From contig JALNLM010000001.1 of the NCBI GenBank assembly GCA_023254095.1, positions 128,001 through 192,000 on the forward strand: a stretch of 64,000 nucleotides of DNA, read 5' to 3'. This DNA comes from Candidatus Geocrenenecus huangii. Lineage in GTDB: Archaea; Thermoproteota; Nitrososphaeria_A; Caldarchaeales; Wolframiiraptoraceae. Positions 12,699 to 22,042 of this stretch are shown here, piece by piece (position 1 is the first letter of the stretch; each line of letters begins with the position of its first letter). The position numbers and the translations under genes were made by a program. Under the pieces are notes generated by a model that was not told where the DNA came from, made no database searches, and saw nothing but the letters and a program-made list of their open reading frames with translations.

Positions 12699-13403
12699 CT
12701 ACTTCATGTTAAGTACTTCTTGTATCGTTGGCGGGATCCGTATTTCCGAAAAACATATTCCACAAACGAATAAATCTCCTGAGATTCTCTGGCTTAATAT
12801 TAAGGGAGCATTACATACTGGGCACGACCTACTTGGAGATTCCGGAGTGAACATTTGTTTACCGCACGATTCACATTTAGTTGACCCTATTGGGTTAAGT
12901 TTTCCACAATGTGGGCAAACCATATCTGATGCTCTTGAAATAACCTCTATCGCGGGTTTCTCTTCTTCGATCTTTTCTTCTTTAGGCTTCTCCTCAGATC
13001 CTATTATGGTCTCTATCTCTTTCTCAATTTCTTCTACGATACTTGGTTCTTTCGGTTTACTTATCTTGCTTGGTTCCTTAACAGACGGTTTAGGTGCTTC
13101 TTTTTTTAGGGCAGGTCTCCTAATTACCGAGGGCGTAGCAGGGTATGAGGCATGTGAATACTGTCCAGCGGGTATCGTTATACTTGTTCTTACAGCTCTC
13201 ACATATAATAGTAGCCCCACCCCGCTGATGACAGCACCAAGTACTATAATGTATATGAGGTAGTTGAGACCCATATATGTTGCATCGAGGAATATTCTAA
13301 AAGGATCGCTTACAGGGAGAAAGACATAGTAGAGGACTATTCCTATTATTGTCGCTACACCTACGAAGCTCAAGACCATGCCTATAATCATTAGAGGAGT
13401 CAA
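12699..13403 (-). CDS. Membrane protein with C-terminal zinc ribbons
   Basis: Two N-terminal TM helices, Pro/Glu/Lys-rich linker, four CxxC pairs (CPHC, CESC, CPVC, CGIC). Confidence 0.75.
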   Translation of the reverse strand: MTPLMIIGMVLSFVGVATIIGIVLYYVFLPVSDPFRIFLDATYMGLNYLIYIIVLGAVISGVGLLLYVRAVRTSITIPAGQYSHASYPATPSVIRRPALKKEAPKPSVKEPSKISKPKEPSIVEEIEKEIETIIGSEEKPKEEKIEEEKPAIEVISRASDMVCPHCGKLNPIGSTKCESCGKQMFTPESPSRSCPVCNAPLILSQRISGDLFVCGICFSEIRIPPTIQEVLNMK

Positions 13404-13433
13404 TTGGCAGCACCCTTTTAATAAAATGTTCTC

Positions 13434-14336
13434 CTAGGCTGTATTAAACATTTCTCCTAGAACTTCATCGAGAAAACTCTGATATTTTCTCGGTATGATC
13501 TCGATATTCCATCGTTTCTTGAAATACCTAATCAGATTTGTTAAATCTCTCTTAAGATAGATCTTAGCCATTGGATGATCTTTCTTAACCCATTGGGGCC
13601 AATCTATTATGATTATGTCTTCCGACGGCTTGACCAGAATGTTGTAAACACTTAAGTCGCTGTGGACTACTCCTATCTCATATGCTTTTATAACGTTATC
13701 AAGAATCTTCGTAAGAATCTTTAAAGGATTCTTTATGTATTGTGCGGACGGTATCTCTATTCCTGCGAATATCCTAGTTACTACGATATGTCTATTCCTG
13801 GCAATAGGCTCCGGCACATCGACGCCTTCTGGATGAAGAAGATTTAAGGCCTCAAATTCATTCCTTGCAGCATTTATAGATGCATAGAGATGTGAGTGTA
13901 TTGAGTACAATGTTGGTCTTTTCTTCCCGTATCCTCTGAAACTGGTTCTTCCTATTCTAAAGAATTTGACTGCGAGCTTTTCGCCTTTAGGCGATAACGC
14001 TTCATAAACATCTGCCTCTTTCCCAACCCCTAAAGCTTTCCCGATACTTTCAACGATGTTCCTTTTTACAAGGTTTCTTAATGCAAGCAGGTCTAGCCCA
14101 TTATAGTTTAACAAGCATCCTTTCTCTCTTCCTCTAGGAGACCATACAAGCCTATAGAAGTTAAGTTTCTTCAATAGCTTCTCTATGCTTGGCCTGTCAA
14201 GTTTTGACTGCTTCTCTATTACTTCGAGGGGGACGACTTCAAACTTTGTTAGATTCTTCTCGATTATGTGTAGAATCTTGAAATGGTCTTCATTGAGATT
14301 CGTGAAGACCGTTCTAAGAAGATGGAGAATAGACAT
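13434..14336 (-). CDS. rio2: RIO2-family serine kinase
   Basis: N-terminal wHTH, GVGKEADVY, RIGRTSF, HSDLSVYNI, IIDWPQ. Confidence 0.93.
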   Translation of the reverse strand: MSILHLLRTVFTNLNEDHFKILHIIEKNLTKFEVVPLEVIEKQSKLDRPSIEKLLKKLNFYRLVWSPRGREKGCLLNYNGLDLLALRNLVKRNIVESIGKALGVGKEADVYEALSPKGEKLAVKFFRIGRTSFRGYGKKRPTLYSIHSHLYASINAARNEFEALNLLHPEGVDVPEPIARNRHIVVTRIFAGIEIPSAQYIKNPLKILTKILDNVIKAYEIGVVHSDLSVYNILVKPSEDIIIIDWPQWVKKDHPMAKIYLKRDLTNLIRYFKKRWNIEIIPRKYQSFLDEVLGEMFNTA

Positions 14337-17300
14337 CTACATCTTCCTCACACCTATCCTAATGGTCTCTCCTCCGATTTCCCATTCTTTCACAAATCCT
14401 TCTACTTCACCTTCAACCTTAACCTCAAGCTCTTTACATCTTGTTTCTCCTTTTATAAATTCTTTCGTAGATTCTAGATGGCTTCTCCACTCTTCATCTG
14501 GGACCGACATATCAACTGATATGTAGTCGGTAACCTGTAGGTTCATCTCTTTCCTCATGGTCTGTATTCTTCTAATCACTTCTCTTGCAAGAGACAATGT
14601 TACTAGTTCTCTCGTCTCCGTAACGTCTAGGTATATGGTTGCAAATCTTCCATCTTCCTTACGTATGTTCTCTGGAAATATCTCTTCAAATTCAATTTCG
14701 TTACTCTCTATCTTGACTACGCTTCCATCGCTTAGCATCAGCTCGATATATCCGTTTAATTCAAGTTCTCCTCTTAGTTTTTCAACGTCGAGCTTACTTA
14801 CCCTTTCGACTATCTCCTTCACTTTCTTTCCATGCTTTGGACCTATAACACTGTATACTGGCCTGACCACATATCTTACTCCAATTGGTTTCTCAGCTAC
14901 ATCTAAGATCTCTAGTTCGATAGTGTTAAGCTGGATCTTTAAGAATTCTTTCAAGTTTTCAAAAGCTTTCTTAGCTCTGAGATTGATTGGGGAGAGAATG
15001 TATGCCTTAACAGGCCATCTTAATTTCTTTCCAGCTTTCTGGCGGATAGCTAATGCGTCGGATAACGTTTGGCGGGCTATCTCCATCATGTCTTCTAACT
15101 CTTCATCTATCCATTGCTCGTCTGGTTTAGGCCATTTTAACATGTGTACGCTTTCCGGATCATCGCTCAGCCTTAATTCTTGGTGGAACTTCTCAGCCAA
15201 GTACGGGGTTACTACCGCCATCAAGCATGTGAGCTTCTTCAGAACGTGGTAGAGAGTTGCGTAGACTGCGAGTTTACTCCATGTCTGTTCTTCTACCCAT
15301 ACCCTCCTCCTGATAGAGCGGACATATAATCTGCTAAGGTCTTCGACTATGAATTCCCTCAGTATTCTAGCAGCTGAATGTATCTCAAGTTCTTCAAGAT
15401 TTCTAGTAAAGATCTTTACTAGATTGTTTATCCTAGATATAATCCATCTATCTTCGAGTTCAAGATATTTTTCTACTTTGTAGATATCGATCTCCTCCGG
15501 ATTGAACCCGTCTATCCCGAAGTATGTTGTAGCGAAAGAGAATACGTTCCAGAGTATGTTTAGTTCTTGTATTATCTGTTCCACTTCTCTTGGAACAAAG
15601 TTCATGTTATCCCATGGAGCTGACTTGGAGACTAGGTACAGTCTGAGGGGATCAGCTCCAAATCTCTCTATGGCCTCCATAGCCCATATAACGTTTCCTT
15701 TACTCTTCGACATCTTTTTTCCTTCAGCATCCATTACGTGACCTTGATTTAAGACAGTCTTGTATGGTGCTTGCCCATAAAGAAGGCAGGACGTAAATAT
15801 TAACGTGTAGAACCATCCTCTAGTCTGGTCTATTGCTTCTGTAATAAAGTCGTAAGGGAATAGTTTCTTGAAGAGTTCCCGGTCTGTTAAAGCGTTGATG
15901 CTTGCTGTATGAGCCATTCCTGAGTCTAGCCAGGTATCCATTACGAAGGTTTCCCTCTTCATGATTCCACCGCATCTCGTACACTTGTACATCACGTTGT
16001 CCACCCATGGTCTCAGAAGCCTTATCTCAGAAGGTTTAACATCTGCTTTTAGCAGTTCTTCTTTTGCAGAGACCACCTTCTTTTCTCCACAGTTAGTGCA
16101 TATCCATACAGGTAGGGGCGTCCCCCAAACCTTAGTTCTAGTTATACACCAATCCTCAGCGTTCTCTAACCAATCTCCGAATCTGTGGTATCCTGCCCAT
16201 GCAGGCTTCCATGAAATTTTCTTATTCTCTCTAATCATGATATCCTTTATTCTATCTACTTTTATGAACCATTGACGGCTTGAGAGATATAGTAGAGGAG
16301 AGCCACATCTCCAGCAATGCGGGTAATTATGGAGAATTTTTCCCTCCCATATTAGAAGGTTTTTTTCCTTTAAGTATTCTATTATCTTCCTGCCTGCTTC
16401 CGTATAGTATAGTCCTGAAAATTCGCCTGCATCATTCGTAAAGTATCCGTTAGTCGATACAGGATTGAAGATTGGAAGACCGATCTTTAATCCGAGTTCG
16501 AAATCTTCTGGGCCATGTGCTGGAGCTATGTGTACGCATCCAGTTCCTTCCTCCATCGTGACAAATTCGGCTGTTACGACTGTGTGAGCTGGTGGGCCAT
16601 GCCCTAAATGTTTCGAAACTTTTTCAATTAATGGATGAAGGTATTTGTATCCAGCAATAGCTAAGCCTTTGAAACGTCCTAGTACTTGATAATTGTCTAT
16701 TCTTGTTTCATTGATAAATCTTCCAAGTAGTTTTTCCGCTATTATCCATTCTTCATCTCCAACCCTTATCTTTAGGTAGTATTCATCTGGGTGAATAGCT
16801 ACAGCTTCATTTCCTGCAAGAGTCCAAGGCGTCGTAGTCCATATTACTACATATAGGTTTCCAGCTCCCTCAAGCGGGAATTTTACATATATAGAGGGAT
16901 CTTCTACTTCTTCATACCCTTGAGCTACTTCGTGGCTGCTTAACGGTGTTTCGCATCTTGGACAATATGGTACGACTTTGAAGCTTTCTATTAAATCTCC
17001 CTTCTCATATGCTTGTTTGATGAACCACCATACATGCTCTATGTATCTTTCCCTCCTCGTTTCATACGCAGTATCATAGTCTAGCCAAACAGCGAGTCGC
17101 TCGGAAGCTTCTCTCCAATGCTTGATGTAATAGTCTACAAGCTTGTTCGCTTCTTCAACGAATCTATCTAACCCGTATTCTTCTACTTCTTTCTTTGTTG
17201 TGAAACCGAGTTTCTTCTCAACTTCTATCTCTGTCGGCAGGCCTAGGCAATCCCATCCCCCCCTCCTCCATACATCCATGCCTCTCATTGCATAGAATCT

Positions 17301-17510
17301 AAGTACCAAATCTTTGTAGACTCTGCCTCGAGCATGACCTACATGCATGTACCCGTTGGCGGTTGGAGGGCCCTCCAAGAAAGCAAAGATGGGAGCACCC
17401 TTATTCATGTTGAAGACCTTACTGATTATGTTGTTTTCCCTCCACCATCTAGATATTTCTTCTTCCACTTGTATTGGATTATATTTTCCTATGAGGACCA
17501 TACTATACAC
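14337..17510 (-). CDS. ileS: Isoleucyl-tRNA synthetase
   Basis: EGPPTANG, HVGH, GWDCLGLP, WTTTPWTL, DQTRGWF, KMSKS. Confidence 0.96.
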   Translation of the reverse strand: MYSMVLIGKYNPIQVEEEISRWWRENNIISKVFNMNKGAPIFAFLEGPPTANGYMHVGHARGRVYKDLVLRFYAMRGMDVWRRGGWDCLGLPTEIEVEKKLGFTTKKEVEEYGLDRFVEEANKLVDYYIKHWREASERLAVWLDYDTAYETRRERYIEHVWWFIKQAYEKGDLIESFKVVPYCPRCETPLSSHEVAQGYEEVEDPSIYVKFPLEGAGNLYVVIWTTTPWTLAGNEAVAIHPDEYYLKIRVGDEEWIIAEKLLGRFINETRIDNYQVLGRFKGLAIAGYKYLHPLIEKVSKHLGHGPPAHTVVTAEFVTMEEGTGCVHIAPAHGPEDFELGLKIGLPIFNPVSTNGYFTNDAGEFSGLYYTEAGRKIIEYLKEKNLLIWEGKILHNYPHCWRCGSPLLYLSSRQWFIKVDRIKDIMIRENKKISWKPAWAGYHRFGDWLENAEDWCITRTKVWGTPLPVWICTNCGEKKVVSAKEELLKADVKPSEIRLLRPWVDNVMYKCTRCGGIMKRETFVMDTWLDSGMAHTASINALTDRELFKKLFPYDFITEAIDQTRGWFYTLIFTSCLLYGQAPYKTVLNQGHVMDAEGKKMSKSKGNVIWAMEAIERFGADPLRLYLVSKSAPWDNMNFVPREVEQIIQELNILWNVFSFATTYFGIDGFNPEEIDIYKVEKYLELEDRWIISRINNLVKIFTRNLEELEIHSAARILREFIVEDLSRLYVRSIRRRVWVEEQTWSKLAVYATLYHVLKKLTCLMAVVTPYLAEKFHQELRLSDDPESVHMLKWPKPDEQWIDEELEDMMEIARQTLSDALAIRQKAGKKLRWPVKAYILSPINLRAKKAFENLKEFLKIQLNTIELEILDVAEKPIGVRYVVRPVYSVIGPKHGKKVKEIVERVSKLDVEKLRGELELNGYIELMLSDGSVVKIESNEIEFEEIFPENIRKEDGRFATIYLDVTETRELVTLSLAREVIRRIQTMRKEMNLQVTDYISVDMSVPDEEWRSHLESTKEFIKGETRCKELEVKVEGEVEGFVKEWEIGGETIRIGVRKM

Positions 17511-17923
17511 CCTTCCAGCTTAGTTACCCTTAATTCTCGTATGACCCAAATATACCTTGAATAATCAATAATTAATAAATTTGGCGATACATCATCCACG
17601 TTTACGTAGGACCTCCGAACAATTTAAACATTCCTAACAGAAAATAGTAATCTTTAATCTCACATATATTTCAGTCTTCTCTATTAGGCTTCCATCTAGC
17701 GAGCTAGTTGAAAACCTCAGCTTCCACCATGATATCTCTATCAACCTCTAATCTTTCAATCTTCTTCATGAGAATCCAGGCATTAAAATAAAACACTACT
17801 ACGACTAGTAGCCCTACATTGTAATGTGGATGAAGATAAAGACGTTATCAATAAACTAGTCTAAGACAGATAAACCATATTCTCATTCATCCGATTCCCT
17901 TAATTCTCTAGAAGACTTATATA

Positions 17924-18331
17924 ATGAGCTTCGATTTGGATTATGTGACCTCTGTGTCTTCTTTGAAGGATCTATCAAGGATTGGGGTGCTCCTCATTGG
18001 CGTAGCATTGATTATTATTGCTTCGATTGCACTCCATTTCTACATAACCTATCTTAGCAAGACTTTTGAAAATTCTTACATGACTAGACCTTTTATATCA
18101 TATTGTTCTCCAAGTAGGGTAATCATCATAGAAGCACGTCAAGATTTAATGAATGTAAAAGTACTAGATAATAGCTCTAATACTATTTGCTTATTTGATA
18201 AAATACCGAAGAACTCTAAAGAGATATGTAATGTTCAAGGTTATGGAGTATATGTAATCCAGTATGGAGAATTTAAAGATGTTGTAGAATGCATTAGATC
18301 AGTGGTAGTCGAATCGAGGCCAGTTGACTAG
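17924..18331 (+). CDS. Membrane-anchored protein, possibly type IV pilin-like
   Basis: KDLSRIGVLLIGVALIIIASIALHFYI resembles an archaeal class III signal peptide; small beta-rich domain with 4 Cys. Confidence 0.45.
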   Translation: MSFDLDYVTSVSSLKDLSRIGVLLIGVALIIIASIALHFYITYLSKTFENSYMTRPFISYCSPSRVIIIEARQDLMNVKVLDNSSNTICLFDKIPKNSKEICNVQGYGVYVIQYGEFKDVVECIRSVVVESRPVD

Positions 18332-18339
18332 TAAAGCGT

Positions 18340-18525
18340 TTAGAAAGACATTAGTGTTGCTACAAGCCTCTCATACCTAATGGTAATCCTCCTAAAAGAC
18401 TGTAGCTATCCGAGAAGACTCCAATCAGAGATCTCACCCTAGCATAGAGTCCAGTTTTGTACGGTCTCATTTGCTTTCTTATTTTTGTTTAATCTAAACT
18501 TATCTTTAATTACCCTGCTTTTTAG
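18340..18525 (-). mobile_element. IS5-family transposase remnant (C-terminal fragment)
   Basis: Minus-strand translation with frameshifts: LKSRVIK...RPYKTGLYARVRSLI / G*LQSFRRITIRYERLVAT, matching the IS5-type W...FRR...RYE signature; stop at 18406-08. Confidence 0.7.
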
Positions 18526-18562
18526 AAGTTAGTTTAAATGTAGGTAATAGTAATAGTGATTT

Positions 18563-19120
18563 ATGGATAAGGAAAAAAAGGATTCTACGAATAAGATAAT
18601 ATCTGCCCGATATTTTGAAGATAGCATAACTTCTACGTTAGATGATGTTTCGAGATACTATCTTAGAAGAGGGTACGGTGTGTTGGATGAGGCTAAAAAA
18701 ATAGTAGAGTATTCTCTCGTTGAGGCATTGTTCTTGTTAGAGATGGGTAGGATGAGGCTTTTTGACCTTAAAGGAGAAGAGGTAAATTTCGATAGGCTTC
18801 TAAAAGAATCATCTATAAAGGAGCCAACTCTATGGAGAGACTACATAGTTTACAGAGACTTGAGGAAGAGAAACTATGTCGTCAAGGACGGCTTCAGTTC
18901 AGATCTACGTTTCAGAGTCTTTGAAAGAGGAGAATATATGGAGAAGCCTGCAAGATACCTAATTGCGATCGTCTATGAGGGTAGAGATCTACCAGTCGAG
19001 AGGCTAATCGAATGGTTGGAGATATGCAGGAATAATAAAAAGGAGCTTATATTAGCTGTTGTTGATAGGAGAAACGAGGTGATATACTATACTGTCAGGA
19101 TGGTAGATCTAGTTCCATAA
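18563..19120 (+). CDS. endA: tRNA-splicing endonuclease subunit, probably non-catalytic structural subunit
   Basis: SLVEALFL, YIVYRDLRKRNYVVK, KKELILAVVD...IYY; catalytic Tyr and His positions appear replaced (FRVFERG, KPARYLI). Confidence 0.85.
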   Translation: MDKEKKDSTNKIISARYFEDSITSTLDDVSRYYLRRGYGVLDEAKKIVEYSLVEALFLLEMGRMRLFDLKGEEVNFDRLLKESSIKEPTLWRDYIVYRDLRKRNYVVKDGFSSDLRFRVFERGEYMEKPARYLIAIVYEGRDLPVERLIEWLEICRNNKKELILAVVDRRNEVIYYTVRMVDLVP

Positions 19121-19176
19121 TTATGCTACGCCCAGAAAGGATGCTTGCAACTAGATTCCAGAAATCTTCTAAATTA

Positions 19177-19892
19177 GATAGTGTCCAAATAAGGTAATGT
19201 ATTTAAATGGGGTCTAGCTTGTTATCTTCATGGATATTGTAGCCCTAATCTCTAGTTGTTTTAAGCGTAATAAGAAAGTAGGGAGGTTAAGGTTTTAGCT
19301 GTATTAGAGTATATGTTTCATGGTAGTTGTAGGAAGGTCTCGAAGGTTCTAAGCATTGCTATGGAGCCTATAAGTAAGTCGGATGTACATTATCTTTCAA
19401 AGATCATATCTTCTAAATTGAAGATAGCGTTAGAACCAAGGTATAGGAGATGCATAGCTATTGATGAAACAAAGCTTAAAGTTAAGAAGACCGTAGTATA
19501 CGTATGGTCTGCTGTAGACGTTGATTCAGGTGAATTACTAGCTCTAGAAGCTTCATATTGTAGAAGCTGTCTAAACGCTCTAAAATTCATTAGGAAAGTC
19601 CTAAGACTATGCTTGAACAAGCCGAAGATAATTGTGGATAAGGGTCCATGGTATATATGGGCTCTAGAAAGACTTGGAATAGAATATGATTATCAAAGAT
19701 TTGGGATGAGGAATAGAGTTGAAAGATTCTTCAGATACCTTAAGGAGAGAACAGCAGTATTCCATAACAAGCTAAGTGCAAGAAACCATATACAGGGAAT
19801 AACCAATCTGAATCTATTCCTCAACCTATTCACACTATACTATCAGACCATAAGATAGAGAGATGGTTAAGAATACTTATTTGGACACTATC
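19177..19892 (+). mobile_element. IS6-family insertion sequence, 716 bp
   Basis: Perfect 17-bp TIR GATAGTGTCCAAATAAG (19177-19193; reverse complement 19876-19892) flanked by 8-bp direct repeat CTAAATTA (19169-76, 19893-900). Confidence 0.95.
19230..19858 (+). pseudogene. IS6 DDE transposase split by a -1 frameshift near 19271-19280
   Basis: ATG 19230 frame gives MDIVALISSCFKRNKK then stops at 19296-98; -1 frame continues SREVKVLAVLEYMFHG...IAIDET...VDKGPWY...RNRVERFF. Confidence 0.75.
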
Positions 19893-19905
19893 CTAAATTA
19901 AATGG

Positions 19906-20106
19906 TTATAGTTTTATACCTCTCTCCTTCAAGATCGTTAAGATCCTGGCTATTCTCTTCTTAGTATTTCTGATTAGAGCAGTCTTTTCCATTCCTGCAC
20001 CGCCTATCTTACTTCTGAGTAGAACAAGCTCGGCTCTCAGCCTATCCAGCTCGTCTAACAATTCCTCACTACTCTTCTGCCTCAGTTCTTTCACTTCCTT
20101 CACCAA
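19906..20106 (-). CDS. rpl29: 50S ribosomal protein uL29
   Basis: ELRQKS.EEL..EL..LRAEL; IRNTKKRIARILT. Confidence 0.93.
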   Translation of the reverse strand: MVKEVKELRQKSSEELLDELDRLRAELVLLRSKIGGAGMEKTALIRNTKKRIARILTILKERGIKL

Positions 20107-20752
20107 CTTTCTCCACCACCTCTACTTTCGGTTGTGAAGATCTCAAGATCTGAATCTTCTCTACGTTGACTCCAAGTTCTTCTGGTAGAAGTGCATCTGA
20201 AGGGTATATCTTTACTTTCACGCCGTATATCCCTGTCTTAAGCAAGACAGATGCTTTCCCAACCCTCACGTATTTTAAAGCATATTCTCCTGATTTTGGA
20301 ATAAACCCTGCACTATATTTTTCCGTTCTAGCTCTCGCAGACGTAAGTTTTCCACTTATCTCTATCTCTACTCCTCTCGCACCTGCATCCATTATCCTCC
20401 TCAATGCCCAAAATGCTACTCTTCTATGTCTCACACCTCTCTCTATTGCTTGAGCTATCCTATAAGCCATAACATATGGGTTGAGCTCAGGTATCTCTAT
20501 CTCCGCTACCGTTACGTTCGGGTTCTCTATACCAAACCTCGAGGCAAGTACTTCTGAAATCTCCTTAATGGTTCTACCTCTAGAACCTATGACTCTGCCT
20601 GGATGCATAGCGTATATCGTTACTCTAGTACCGATGGGGGTAAAAACTATGTCTACTCCTCCGAATCCTGCATCTTTCAATTTCTCAGCTAGGTATTCTT
20701 CAACCTCCGTCTTCTTCTTCCTCTTCTCAAGCAGTTGTTTAATAGTTGACAA
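20069..20752 (-). CDS. rps3: 30S ribosomal protein uS3
   Basis: KH domain PGRVIGSRG; GARGVEIEISGKL; GIYGVKVKI. Confidence 0.96.
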   Translation of the reverse strand: MSTIKQLLEKRKKKTEVEEYLAEKLKDAGFGGVDIVFTPIGTRVTIYAMHPGRVIGSRGRTIKEISEVLASRFGIENPNVTVAEIEIPELNPYVMAYRIAQAIERGVRHRRVAFWALRRIMDAGARGVEIEISGKLTSARARTEKYSAGFIPKSGEYALKYVRVGKASVLLKTGIYGVKVKIYPSDALLPEELGVNVEKIQILRSSQPKVEVVEKVGEGSERTEAEE

Positions 20753-20753
20753 C

Positions 20754-21212
20754 CTATTCTTTCACCTCTCCTATGATTTCTATGTGGGTGAGGATTTTAT
20801 CATATGGCGTTGCTCTACCAAATGCCCTCTCAATAAATTTCCTTATAACTCTTCCTTTATGAGCTACAGCGTATCTTATTACTACTTTTTCAGGGTCAAG
20901 ACCTTTAAATTCAGCATTTGCTTCAAGGCTCTCCAATAATTTTAACATCATTCTCGCAATTTTAACTGGGTATCCTCCGGGACCTCTTGTCTGGCGGTGA
21001 TGTGCTCTATCCTTCCTATACCTCCTGTAGGGGATCATTCTCTTCATAGCTATAACGTCCTCCATAAGCTTCTTAGCCTCAGGTATCCTCAACCCGATAA
21101 CCGCTGTACAAACCTCGCGTGAAAACTTCGGAGAGACATCTACCTCTCTAAGACTAGCTTTAACCGTCTTGGCTGGATCCAGTTCTTTTACTGAGTAACC
21201 CCAGTTAGGCAT
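20754..21212 (-). CDS. rpl22: 50S ribosomal protein uL22
   Basis: VSPKFSREVC, GGYPVK, NAEFKGLD, RAFGRATP, THIEI. Confidence 0.96.
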   Translation of the reverse strand: MPNWGYSVKELDPAKTVKASLREVDVSPKFSREVCTAVIGLRIPEAKKLMEDVIAMKRMIPYRRYRKDRAHHRQTRGPGGYPVKIARMMLKLLESLEANAEFKGLDPEKVVIRYAVAHKGRVIRKFIERAFGRATPYDKILTHIEIIGEVKE

Positions 21213-21357
21213 CTCCCATCCGCCTATCTGTTAGTCATCATCTATGCAGGAGAGAATGTAAGCACTATTTAATGATGCCGTTCGAATTAGTCTTATTCAG
21301 ATGTAAGCCCCATTCTAGCTAAAAACCTATTTCAAATTTACGGTTTAGAGATTTATT

Positions 21358-21990
21358 CTATTTTACTATTTTACCTGTCTCCATGTACCATAGATACAAG
21401 TCTAGTTCTCCAGGCTTGAGGCCGACTATCCTGGATATTTCTTCCAAGGTTTTTTCAATTTCTAAATACTTCTTCCTCGTTAATGTTCTCGGCTTCTCTG
21501 TTATCTCATACCTTTCCAATAAGTTTAGGATGTGGAAGTCGATTATTGCTACTTCCAGGCATCCTATATTTCTAAGGAAATGGCTTGCCTCCTTATATCC
21601 TAATCCATCGATATTCTCCACCAACCATTCTCTGATCTGCTTACAATCAACCAATGTGTCAAGAACGTTCTTTACCTGGTCTAGCTTCCTTCTAGCCCTA
21701 ACGATGTATTTGGCTCTAGTCTCAGGATACCTGTGCCCAAGCCTTCTTAGTTCTTCCACCAGTTCTTTTTCCGGAAGCTTCAAAAACCCATCATTAATCC
21801 TTTCTTGTATTCGTAGACTTTTCTCAGCACTGTATCCCGCGGCCAAGATGCAGAAACATAATTCCTTGAATATTTCTGTAATATCTTTACTCCTAAGCTG
21901 GATGAAGCTTCTTATCTTCTCATCTACAAGCCTCTTTATATCTGTCTCAATTAATCTTCTAAGCTCGTTCAGCAATTGTTCCAAAGTCAT
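21358..21990 (-). CDS. ogg: 8-oxoguanine DNA glycosylase/AP lyase (Ogg2 type)
   Basis: ELCFCIL, HhH motif GLGYKEASHFLRN, AIIDFHI, C-terminal LDLYLWY..TGKIVK. Confidence 0.92.
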   Translation of the reverse strand: MTLEQLLNELRRLIETDIKRLVDEKIRSFIQLRSKDITEIFKELCFCILAAGYSAEKSLRIQERINDGFLKLPEKELVEELRRLGHRYPETRAKYIVRARRKLDQVKNVLDTLVDCKQIREWLVENIDGLGYKEASHFLRNIGCLEVAIIDFHILNLLERYEITEKPRTLTRKKYLEIEKTLEEISRIVGLKPGELDLYLWYMETGKIVK

Positions 21991-22042
21991 CTGGAGTGTT
22001 TTATGTCTAGATGTAGTAAAAAGTATTGTGGAGGTTGGGAGT

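Noticed and set aside
14557-15252. Long antisense ORFs (also 21383-22087, 56634-57167, 59819-60262 and many shorter ones)
   Set aside because: Ser/Phe/Leu-rich shadows of well-supported genes on the opposite strand; no motifs
21200-21245. ATGATGA box C-like motif in the rpl22 leader
   Set aside because: Only a weak D' (CGGA) and no terminal D box at the expected spacing; cannot support an sRNA or K-turn
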